Shown: one piece after another, positions 47,433 through 58,000 of the stretch
How the letters are laid out: each line of letters starts with the position of its first letter
Numbering within the stretch: position 1 is the stretch's first letter
Virus record (IMG/VR): IMGVR_UViG_3300017585_000267
Location: 41,239-105,238 of that record
Strand: one strand, 5' to 3'
Source: a virus
Taxonomy: Duplodnaviria > Caudoviricetes
DNA: 64,000 bases
Notes under the pieces: generated by a model
The model's input: the letters and a program-made list of their open reading frames with translations, nothing else
Told to the model about the DNA's origin: nothing
The model's database searches: none
Program-made: the position numbers and the translations under genes

Positions 47433-50400
47433 ATGAAGAAGAATAGACTATATACGGTGACGAAGGCCAACAAGGCTCACCTGTTCAGCTATGGCGGGAC
47501 TGCAACCCAAGGAAGCGCGAATGTGGGTATAAACAATTCAGTCTCTTCATCTTCCAAGATGAACTGGGGCAAGGCCGCATCCACTGTTGGAGGCACTCTG
47601 CTCAATACGCAGGGTACAGACAAGCTCCTGGATTACGCTGACCCCCTGTATTATCTTGCAGGGAGCAACGAGTCCCAGGTAGGCAATACCTTGCAATCGA
47701 CTGGAAAGGGGCTGTTCAAGACTGGCGTACAGTCTGGCAATCCCTGGGTGATGCTTGCCGGGGGAGTGGCGCAAGGTGTGGGAAGTCTTACAAACGCTGC
47801 CTTTGGGCATTCCATAGAGAATGAGGATGCAGTAAAGAGCAACACCACGAGGCTCAACCAGTACAGGGTAAGCGATGACAGCTACGAGTCCATACAGAAC
47901 GCCTTCAACTCAAGCCCCCTCATGAAGCAGGACATAGGGAAGGTGTCCAATGGCTGGTTTACGAACAAGGGAACCAAGAAGGCCAACAAGCTCACTGAGG
48001 CGCAGAACAATGCATACGCCTTTGCCACAAACTCCACCCGCAATGCGATAAACAACGTGAAGTCCAAGCAGAACGCGGCCTATGAGCTGAACTACTCCGC
48101 CTTCGGGGGGCCACTGTTCACCCAACAGAACAGCGGCATGGGAGCCATAGACTATGGATTCATGAGTGACTACCTGGCTGCAAAGAATGCCAAGACGCAG
48201 ACGGACAACAAGATAACCTCAATGCCCAACAGTTTTATAGGAATGGAAGGTGTCAATACATTTGCCGAAGGTGGGTCAATTCACATCAAGCATCCCGGAA
48301 GGCTCACTGAACTGAAGAAGAGAACCGGGAAGACCGAGGATGAGCTTTGGGCGACGGGTAATCCGGAATACAGGAAGATGATTACATTCGCAAGGAATGC
48401 CCGCAAATGGAAGAAGGCCTACGGTGGGGCCCTGGACGAACTTGAGGATGGCGCCCCATTGTTTGCCTTTGGCGGGAGCCTTCAGTCCCATGGGTCTGAT
48501 TGGTCCAACGGAGTGACCATGGTGAACACCGGAGGTACGCATGAGGAGAATCCCTATGAGGGGGTGAAGGTCGGGGTCGACCACAAGGGAATGGACAACC
48601 TGGTTGAGGAGGGGGAGGTCATTTATACATTCCCTGACAGTGACTTCGTTTACTCAAACAGGATTACATGTCCTGAAGAGCTGAGGAAGAAATATGGAAT
48701 AAGGGGCAAGAAGGACTTGACATTCGCCGAGGTGGCCAAGCGGGTCCAGGAGGAAAGCGCCGAAAGGCCCAACGACCCGATAAGCAAGGCTGGCCTCGAG
48801 GCGATAATGCAAGACCTTGCGGACAGCCAGGAGAGGCTTAAGGAGGAGGCCAATGCCGCGAGGGCAAAGGCTGAATTTGAATCCATGACCCCGGAGCAAC
48901 AGGCGACCATTCTCGCGGCACGTCAGCAAGCGGTCTCCCAGCAAGCCGCCGTTCCCCAGGAACAGCCAATACCCCAAGCTGGGACTGTGCCACAGGAACA
49001 GCCTGTAATGTCCACAGATGGGGGAAACATCCATGCCGAGGGCGGTCCCTACAATACATACGGGTACGTAAAGGGCTATGACAGGGGATGGTTCGGGGAT
49101 GACGGCAAGTACACCCAGGACTACCTTGACAGGGTTAACGCCCTCACGGCGGAAGAGCTGCAAAAGCAGTTTGACCGCCAGTATGCCTTCTATCATGATG
49201 ACGCGAACAAGGACACCGACAGGTGGAAGTCGATAGACGAGTTCTACAAAAGGAACTCGAAGTACAACGACGCGGCCTACAAGGTGACGGACGAGGACCT
49301 CAAGGACGCCATAAGGCTCGCCCAGGACTACAAGCCCGGCTATATGCATGACTTGGTGTTGAGGGCTACGGAGACTGTTCCCGAGGTGACCCCTCCGAAC
49401 ATTCCCCAGGGCGTCACTACTGATGCAGGCACATTGGCGCCAAATGAGCCAAGGGTGGCGGCTGCAAACAGATATTGGCTGAGGGATCCAAACGGCGGCG
49501 AGGCCACCCCCATCGACGACTACTTCGAGGGGGTGAACGGGAATGGCTATACATGGGCGCAGCTTCACCCTGACTATACAAGCGCCGGTGACGGGATTGT
49601 ACGGGAGCCGGTGGACGTGGACGGGATTCCCACCACATACACCGACTATTACTTCGACCCCTCGGCAAGGCAGGCTGATGTGGCAGGTGTCTCTCCCAGG
49701 ACAAGGTGGGAAGGCTGGAGGTACGCAGGTCTCTTCGGACCGGCGATAGGGCTTGGGATGCAGGCTGCCGGGATAGGCAAGCCAGACTATGCCGACCTTG
49801 ACGCGGCAGTATCCCTTTCGGGTAGGGAGCCGATTGAAGCCAGGGTCGAACATATAGGAAACTACATGAAGTACAGGCCCTTTGACAGGGACTATTACCT
49901 CAACAAGGCGAACGCCACCAACGCCGCGACACGGAGGGCGATCCTCAACTCCGGTGCAGGTGCCTCCAGGAATGCCGCGTTGCTGGCCTCGGACTACAAT
50001 GCGGTGAACAACTTGGGTGACCTTGCACGGCAGGCCGAGGAATACAACCTCGCCCAAAGGCAGCAGGTAGCCCAGTTCAACAGGGAGACTGACCAATACA
50101 ATGCCACTGCTGACAACAATGCCCATCTACAGTATGCTCAGGATTATAATCGCAACAGGCAGTACGCGGCATCCCTGGCACTCCGTGCGGCTGCTGAAAA
50201 GCTCAACGGCAACGCCGAATGGTACAATGGCATTTATGGGAACATCTCGGGCCTTGCCAACGCAATCTCGAACATAGGCAAGGAGAACGCCGCCCACAAC
50301 ATGGTGGCGAGGTCTGCGGCTGACGGGATCTACGGAAGCATGAATCCCGATACGGGCGCACTTGCCAGCGAGGTGCTGGTCACCGAGGATGACACAAGGG

Positions 50401-50453
50401 CCGGGAGGCGCAAGAACAGGAAAAACAAGAAGAAGGGAGGCTTGACTTACTGA
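47433..50453 (+). CDS. Cargo/ejection protein 1
   Basis: GGTHEENPYEGV, NLVEEGEV, YSNR, ERPNDPIS; repeated xxGG motifs; promoter TATATTTG at 47405. Confidence 0.75.
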   Translation: MKKNRLYTVTKANKAHLFSYGGTATQGSANVGINNSVSSSSKMNWGKAASTVGGTLLNTQGTDKLLDYADPLYYLAGSNESQVGNTLQSTGKGLFKTGVQSGNPWVMLAGGVAQGVGSLTNAAFGHSIENEDAVKSNTTRLNQYRVSDDSYESIQNAFNSSPLMKQDIGKVSNGWFTNKGTKKANKLTEAQNNAYAFATNSTRNAINNVKSKQNAAYELNYSAFGGPLFTQQNSGMGAIDYGFMSDYLAAKNAKTQTDNKITSMPNSFIGMEGVNTFAEGGSIHIKHPGRLTELKKRTGKTEDELWATGNPEYRKMITFARNARKWKKAYGGALDELEDGAPLFAFGGSLQSHGSDWSNGVTMVNTGGTHEENPYEGVKVGVDHKGMDNLVEEGEVIYTFPDSDFVYSNRITCPEELRKKYGIRGKKDLTFAEVAKRVQEESAERPNDPISKAGLEAIMQDLADSQERLKEEANAARAKAEFESMTPEQQATILAARQQAVSQQAAVPQEQPIPQAGTVPQEQPVMSTDGGNIHAEGGPYNTYGYVKGYDRGWFGDDGKYTQDYLDRVNALTAEELQKQFDRQYAFYHDDANKDTDRWKSIDEFYKRNSKYNDAAYKVTDEDLKDAIRLAQDYKPGYMHDLVLRATETVPEVTPPNIPQGVTTDAGTLAPNEPRVAAANRYWLRDPNGGEATPIDDYFEGVNGNGYTWAQLHPDYTSAGDGIVREPVDVDGIPTTYTDYYFDPSARQADVAGVSPRTRWEGWRYAGLFGPAIGLGMQAAGIGKPDYADLDAAVSLSGREPIEARVEHIGNYMKYRPFDRDYYLNKANATNAATRRAILNSGAGASRNAALLASDYNAVNNLGDLARQAEEYNLAQRQQVAQFNRETDQYNATADNNAHLQYAQDYNRNRQYAASLALRAAAEKLNGNAEWYNGIYGNISGLANAISNIGKENAAHNMVARSAADGIYGSMNPDTGALASEVLVTEDDTRAGRRKNRKNKKKGGLTY

Positions 50454-50454
50454 C

Positions 50455-51990
50455 ATGGCTAATTATTCTTTTGTAATCAACTCGACCTACGACCCCTTTA
50501 CCCTTGGTGAGCTCATGACCCCTTACCAGGAGTATGGGAAGGCCTTCGAGAAGCAGGAAGACAAGATTGAGGACATGACCGACAAGGCCGAGACCTTGAA
50601 GTACATAGCCGAGCAGGACCCCAACAGTGAGACCGCGAGGCTGTACCAAAGCATGAACGACAGGCTGACGGCTGCAAGGGATGAGCTTTACAGGAATGGC
50701 ATGAGCATGGGAATACGGAAGGACATCCAGAACCTGCGGGGGCTATATACTGCAAACGCCTCGGAGATTACAAGGAGGTACAACGATCTGAGGGAATACC
50801 GGGACAGGATGACAAAGCTTGTCGACAAGGATCCCAGCGTCAGGTTCACCCCATCCTCATACAACATAGGGCTTGACAGCTTTGCCGGGGGCAAGACCCC
50901 CTCAATGGACAGAATGAGCGGGGATGAGGTGGCGCAAAGGGGCGCACAGGCCATGAAGGCGTTTACAAGCAGGGAGTTCCGAAACTCCGTCGAGGGGAAG
51001 CTGATGGGAGGCCAGTACTGGAACTATGTGCAGGAGAACGGCATGGACAACAACGCCATAAACGAGCTGCTTAGCCACCTCGGGGATGAGAGGTTCACTA
51101 CCCTCAACAGCGTGATAGACGGAATCCGGAGGGAATATGTGGGAAAATTCGACGATGCAGACAGCCAGTACTTCGACAGCAGGCTGAGGGAAGGTCTCAA
51201 TGCAGGTGCCATCTATGATAGGAGGGAGTCTCCTACAGGAAACCAGGCCTACATAAGTCCACTTGAAGCCGCAAGGGAGGAACGCTACAAGGAGCAGGCC
51301 GATATGGAGAAGGAGGCTCTGAAGTTCCAAAGGGGTGATGGCACAAGGATTATGAGGGGTGCCGATGGCAAGGACTACAGGGTGAGGGTCAACATCGACG
51401 GCAGTCTGTCGGCTGTCGAGGTGGCCCCGACGGACACCGAGGTGACAGATGCTTCCAAGAACAAGATTTACAAAGACGCCTTCGGAGATTCCTTCATCTA
51501 TGAAGGGAATGACCCCACGAAGGGAAGATTGTACAACACTGGTGGGGACACTCCCGTAAGCGACATCACGATAGCCAATCCAGACGAGGCCTCCAAGGGG
51601 AAGAATCCCCTCCTAACAAGCCCCGTGAACCCTGCCAAAATTACGCTCATCGGCAAAGACAGGCCATACTATAACAGCAGAGGAGAGGAGATAAACTGGA
51701 AACAGCAGGACAACGAGATTCAGATTCCCCTTAAAGTGGGTTCAGACGATTACCAGAGGGCTGTAAGGGCGAATCCTGACAGGGAGAACGCCGAAAGGTA
51801 TATCTACTATAGAATCGCAGGTTCAGAGAAACAGGAGAAGCAACGGCAGAAACAGATAGAAAAAGGCGTGGAGCCTGATGACATCTACGTAAGGGTTCCC
51901 AATCCAAACTATGACAGGGATGTGCAGCAGGCAGGCAGCGGCCAGCCAACTCCTGTGAACCCTCCGGTAGGCAGGGGCAGTGAAGGTTAG
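50455..51990 (+). CDS. Cargo/ejection protein 2
   Basis: MANYSFVINSTYDPFTLGELMTP N-terminus; synteny. Confidence 0.7.
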   Translation: MANYSFVINSTYDPFTLGELMTPYQEYGKAFEKQEDKIEDMTDKAETLKYIAEQDPNSETARLYQSMNDRLTAARDELYRNGMSMGIRKDIQNLRGLYTANASEITRRYNDLREYRDRMTKLVDKDPSVRFTPSSYNIGLDSFAGGKTPSMDRMSGDEVAQRGAQAMKAFTSREFRNSVEGKLMGGQYWNYVQENGMDNNAINELLSHLGDERFTTLNSVIDGIRREYVGKFDDADSQYFDSRLREGLNAGAIYDRRESPTGNQAYISPLEAAREERYKEQADMEKEALKFQRGDGTRIMRGADGKDYRVRVNIDGSLSAVEVAPTDTEVTDASKNKIYKDAFGDSFIYEGNDPTKGRLYNTGGDTPVSDITIANPDEASKGKNPLLTSPVNPAKITLIGKDRPYYNSRGEEINWKQQDNEIQIPLKVGSDDYQRAVRANPDRENAERYIYYRIAGSEKQEKQRQKQIEKGVEPDDIYVRVPNPNYDRDVQQAGSGQPTPVNPPVGRGSEG

Positions 51991-52018
51991 CGTAATCAGT
52001 TAAAGAGCAAGGCGACAT

Positions 52019-55000
52019 ATGAGCATTTGGAAGGACTTTTGGGGCAGCGTTGTCAATGCCAGCGCGAATACAGTCTTGAATCCCCCTGAATCGCGGGACT
52101 TCTATACAGAGTATAGCAAGGCGAAGACCGCCAAGGAGGATGAGAGGAGCCAGAGGCAGAACGAGCTGGGAGTTGACGAATGGACCCCTTATTACTTCAA
52201 GGGGCTGAGCGGCCTCTCCAGCAAGCAAAGGGAGAAGTGGGAGCAGGACAACCTGGACTACATAAATGGGTTGAAGGTGAAGCACCCCATGGCATCCGAC
52301 GACGAGCTTGAGGCATACAAGAACAACAGGTTCAAGAACGACATACTCAGGAAGTCCAAGAGTCCCATAGTGCAGGGAATCTTCAAGGACGGCAACCTTA
52401 CCGACCAGGAATGGGAAACACTCGACGACAACATCTCCAGGGCTGCGCTGGAGAACGACCTTGACGGGCTTAGCGATGACAGGGATTCCTACAAGGACAG
52501 TTGGTGGAAACACGCCGGGGATGTCTACCTTGGGGAGAACATAAAGAGCAGCCTCAGGGACGGTGCCAGGGAATACCTCAGGGGCAGCCAGAATCCCGAG
52601 GAGATAACCAATCAGGTATATGCCTGGGAGACGGACCCCCTCAAGAAGCAGGAGGCCGTCGAGGCCTTCGATTCACTCTCCTCGTCACTGTCGCAGGACT
52701 ATGACATGATGGCCAATCCTGACAAGTACAAGGCCATACAGAACTATGGAAGGTTCAAGGATACCGAGGCCTTGAGGATGAGCAGCCAGGAGAAGGAGAC
52801 CTTGCTCGCGGAATATATGGCCAATGTGCGGAGGGGTGGGGAGAAGTACGCCAACGAGGAACTTGTCAATGTCTTCAAGGACAAGATGGAGGCCAGTCAA
52901 AGCAAGCTCGACGTGGCACTCAACGCAGGTAGCATGTTCATCGACAACTTCGCGTCCATGGCGATAGGTACGGTGGGCATCATGGATGGCCTGTTGACTG
53001 GTGGTAGCTTGGGAAGGGCCATCATGGGAGAGGATGAGGAAGATGCGCAGAGGCGTGAGGGTCAGGGCTACTTGCAGGGGATATTCGACAATCCCCTCGT
53101 ACAGTATTCCTCTGGCATAATGGAATCCCATGTGTATGACATGGATGCCCAGAAGGTCTTCAAGGAACTCGGAATTACGGACAACCAGCTTTACGAGAAA
53201 GCAAGCGAAGAAGGCAAGCTCTTCAACAGCAAGACCCTTCCCAACCTGCTTGGGCAGTATGGTTTTACGGCTGCGTCCACGGCACTTTCCATGGGAGGTA
53301 CGGCGGCTGCACAAGGGGCCATAAAGGGAGGGCTGTGGGCTGCCAAGGCCCTTGGTATGGCAAAGAACGCCACTACTTGGAACAAGGCGTTGAGGACCGC
53401 CGCCAAGTCGAAGGACATGCTCAACCTAGTGAACGGAGGCATAGTGGCCACCACGGAAGGCGCACAGATAGCGCAGCTTGACAAGGTTGAGAAGTACGAG
53501 GCCATGACTGAGGACATGTACAAGAAATACATCGACCGGACAGTCGAGGAAAGCCCTGCCGTAGCCAGCCAAATACTGATTGACAGATATGCCCAGGAGA
53601 ACCCTGAAATGGCAGGCATGATTCCACAGGGTTCCCTCATGATGGATCCCGAGACTGGCAAGGCCGTACAGGTATTCTCGGAGGAGGACAAGGAACGGCT
53701 GAAGGATTTTATTGGCCAGGACAAGGAGGTGAAGGACTATATCCTTGGACAGTACACAGCCGCCCACAAGGATGAGGTGGCCAATGACATCAACAACATA
53801 AGGGACATAGCCGAAGACGGAGCCTTGGCGGACTTCGCTTTCCAAAGCGCCATCAATGGCGCCGTCAACATGGGACTCAAGGCCACCCTTCATTCAAAGG
53901 GAGTGCAGAAGGCCCTTCAGCGAACTGGACTCAAGAAAGCTCCGGCTGCAAGGTACGCGGACAATGTGGACGTAAGTAAGGATGCTTCGGGCAACTGGGT
54001 GGCCACGGCAAAGAAGGCATCACGTGGAGCCTTGGTGAAGGAGAGGCTGAAGGAAAGCTGGGGTGAGGGACTTGAGGAGTATGTACAGGACGTGGGCTCC
54101 GGGTTTGGCAGTGGCTACACTGACGTGGCATACGAACAGTACCTCAACTCAAAGTATGGGGACGAAAAGGGCGTGAACGCCGCCGTGGAGTACAGCTTCA
54201 TAGATGCCCTCTCAGGTGCCCTGACGCAGGGCATGGAGAAGGCGGTGGCCTGGGACTCCGTAAAGGACGGCATCCTTGGCGGACTTAGCTCGCTCATAGG
54301 CGGCTTCAATGTAAACCAGAACTTCAGGCCAAGATCCTCAGGGACTACGGAAGGCCAAAATTGGTTTGAAAAGCTCAGCAGCAGGTCTCCCATAGTGTGG
54401 AGGGGCGCACTAAGTCCCCTTATAAATGGAACTGACGCAAAGCTGAGGCAGAGCTACAACGACAGGGTTGCCGAGGAACTCAACAAGTTCTTCAATGACA
54501 AGGACGTCCAGGAAAAGCTCCTCAACACCGAAAGCGCCATGAGCTTCCTCAGGGACTACCAGGACGCGCTTGACGGCAAGGACGAACTCAAGGCGAGGGA
54601 CGCGGAGTTCGGGCAGCAGTTCTCCGTGCTGAACACACTGAACGCCCTCAAGGGCACAGCCTATTATGACGCCGTCATGACTTCCCTTGACATGAGGGAG
54701 GCCGTCGGCAAGCTCACTGACGACCAGATAAAGGAGCAGCTTCAGGACAGCAACTCCGATGCCTCCGTAATGCTCAGGGGCTTCAAGACGGAATGGGCGA
54801 ACATGACCGGCACCCAGGACGACAGGGACTTCTCCCCATCAGATGACAACGTAGCCCTTGTAAGGAAGGCCGCCAAGAATGCGACTGACTTCAAGAATTT
54901 CATGAAGGATGCCGATGAGGTGAGGGAACAGGTGCAGAGGGACTTCGGTGATGAACTTGACGACGATGGCCTTGCCGCCATGATGTTCCAAAGGCTTGCC

Positions 55001-58000
55001 ATACGGAACATGGACACAAGGATTGAGCAGCTTGACAACAAGTTTCGGAAGATACGGACATTCGACCCCAAGAAGAAGAAAGACCACGTTCTTGAGGACA
55101 TTGCCCTGTACGGCTCGGTGGCTACTGCCAAGACTGAGAAGGAAGAGCTGGACAAGAAGATTGAGAAGGCCAAGAAGAACCTTGCAGACAGGGAGAAGGA
55201 GACAATCAAGATACTTGAAAAGAATGACCCTGACTTCAAGAAAAGCACTGACAGGAAGCAGAAGGACATAAAGAAGGCAATCCGCAAGATGGCCAACTCG
55301 GACATTGAACTCAGTGAGGAGGACCAAAAAACGCTGGCCTCCTACTTTGCGCTCACTGAGGATATCCCGGTAGATGAGAGGAGGTCAGGGGAGTTGGCAT
55401 CAGCGATTACCAGGATGGGAAAAGCCGAAACTCCCGTACTTACATGGGAGCAAATTATTTCCCTTTCGCCAAGGGCGAGGGCCTTCATGCTGAACCCTGC
55501 CAACGCCAAAAAGTACAGCAAGGAGCAGCAGGAAGTCATTGAGGACCTCAACAGGGATGGAGCCGCGATCTTTGGCAGTGCCAAGCTGTGGAGGTCCTCG
55601 CTGAACGACAGGGCGAGACTTGAGATGAAGAGGGAACTGAACATGCGAAAGGAGAACCAGCTCCTTGAAAGCACCTCGGCACTGTCGGACTTCCTCAACA
55701 ACGTAAGGAACGAGAAGGCTGTAAGGACAAGGACCGCCCAGTATGAATACCTGTTCAAGGATGCGAACACTGCGATACTTGAGGCCAGGAAGAACGGCGT
55801 GGAGGATGCCGCAGGCAATGAGCAGCTTGAGAAGCTCGCGGACTGGCTTTTCTCAGAATCCGATGACGGGCTTACAGGGGTGGTCAAGGGACGGCTGTTT
55901 GCCAAGTACGAGGACTCCGCCGCAATAGAGGCACTCCTGGAAAGGGCCGAGAGACTTGGGGAGCTGTCGGACTTCTTGAAGATGACTGACTTGGTGAGCC
56001 ATACCTCAATGCAGCAGACAGGGGAGACGACCACCAATGAGGAAACTGGTGAAGTAGAGCCCATATCCCAACTTGTGACCACGGAGTATTCCCTGACCGA
56101 CTCGGACAGGAAGCTCCTTGACTACGCGATAGAATATGCAGCAAGGAAGGGAATCACCATGGACAACCTTGCAGAGGCGATGACTTCCCAAAAGTTTGCG
56201 GACTTTGTTGCGGAGAGGAACAAGAAGGAGGCAAACGGAGGAATCGTATTTGACGCCGACTATGCCAAGGCTCTTGTACAGGATGTGGTGGAGGGATTCA
56301 ACGCTGACAGGAACGCTTCCACGGAAGTCACCAAGCCGAAGGAAGCCACCGCTGCGCCTCAGAGTGTTTCAGAGAAGCCTGTCGAGCCGACTGGGACAGC
56401 CAATACCAGGGAGGAGGAAAGACGGCCAGATGAGGTAGACCCCAAGGATCCGTTCGGGCTTAAGAAGGGCAAGCCCTCAGCCAGTGGCCAAACTACTCCC
56501 CCCGCATCCTCCAGTACTGCGACAACTACCACCAAGGCGTCCTCAACCATAACTGCACAGGGGACAGCCTCTACGGAGACTCCCGCACAGACGGGGACTG
56601 AGGAACCAATCGTGGCATCAGTCAGGAACAGTCGAATCCTTGAGAACGCAAGGCTTCTCAACGGCTCGATAGAAGGCGGGGTGAGGTCCATGCTTGAGGA
56701 ACTCGACAGGATGCAGATGGATGAGAGCACACGAAACAAGCTCAAGGACATCATCGAGGCATACCTACAGTCCGAGGTGATTCCAAATGTAAAGTCCCTC
56801 CAGGCAAAGGTCCTGTCGGATGCGCTCACCGCAAACAGGGCGGCCTATCCACAGATTGACGTAAAGGCTACGGCCTTGGCGTCAAGGAACTTTGACAAGC
56901 AGGAGGCACAGCAGCCGAAGGCTGAGACCTCTTCTACCACATCCCCAAAGGCGGAGTCCCCAATCACGGCCCCGATTCCAATGAGGCTGGACAGCATCGA
57001 CCTCGACTTCTTCCTTACCAATCCAAGGTACCAATCATGGGCTGATTACATCAGGCGTCACAACATGGTGCCGTTCCTACAGAAGTTCCAGGCCCTGTGG
57101 AACCAGGATTACAGGAACGCCCAAAGCATGAAGAACACCCAGGTGGCCTTCATCTACGAGCCTAGTCTTGAGGGGGCCATAGCCAGTGCCATGGGGGAAA
57201 GCGGGGCGACCTATACGGTAGAGATGGATGCCCCCGTAGTCATGGCCATTGAAATCAATGACTACAACAGGCATCTCGTGGACAATCCGGACCAGCTCAT
57301 CGCCGTAACAGACAATGCTGACAACAAGGTTCACTACTACCAGCCCATAGGCATCATGCCGTCGAGCAACAACCAGAGGATTCCCACGGCTGGAAGGATG
57401 CTCGCGCTCAGGAGGCAGATAAGGAGATCCAGTGAAAGCTCCCTCATTAAGTATGACAATGGGGCCACCATCAAGACGAACCTCGCGGCAATCCACTCGG
57501 CGACTGACGAGGAGAGCATACCAAGGAGTACCGAGGATACCCCGAAGAGCGACGCAAGTGAGCTCATGGCCAAGAACGCCCTTTCCGTGGCCGAGTCCTT
57601 TGTCGGGGCGACGGCTGAGGAAATGGATGAATACAAGAGGGCTGAAGCCTCGGGAGACAAGGTCGCCCTGAGAAAGACGAAGCTCTGGGCCAAGATGAAG
57701 AAGGCCTTCGTAAAGAGGCTTCGCAAGCACAAGCCCGAAGAGGGTGGCCGTTCCTACCTCGTGTTTGACATACAGAAGGGGACACATGATGTCTATCCCA
57801 AGGTTGTCCTCACAAAGGCCATCGGGGAGACCATGGACAGGAACTCCGGCAGGACGATAGTTGAACTCCTGAGAGGATTTGACGGCAGCGTGGAGTACGG
57901 CAGGGAGATAGTTGAGTCCAATAGCAGGTTCAAGGGACTCTTCAAGACGCTCAAGGCATTGAGGCTAGACAAGGACCCGGTCCGTAACATAAGCGAATAT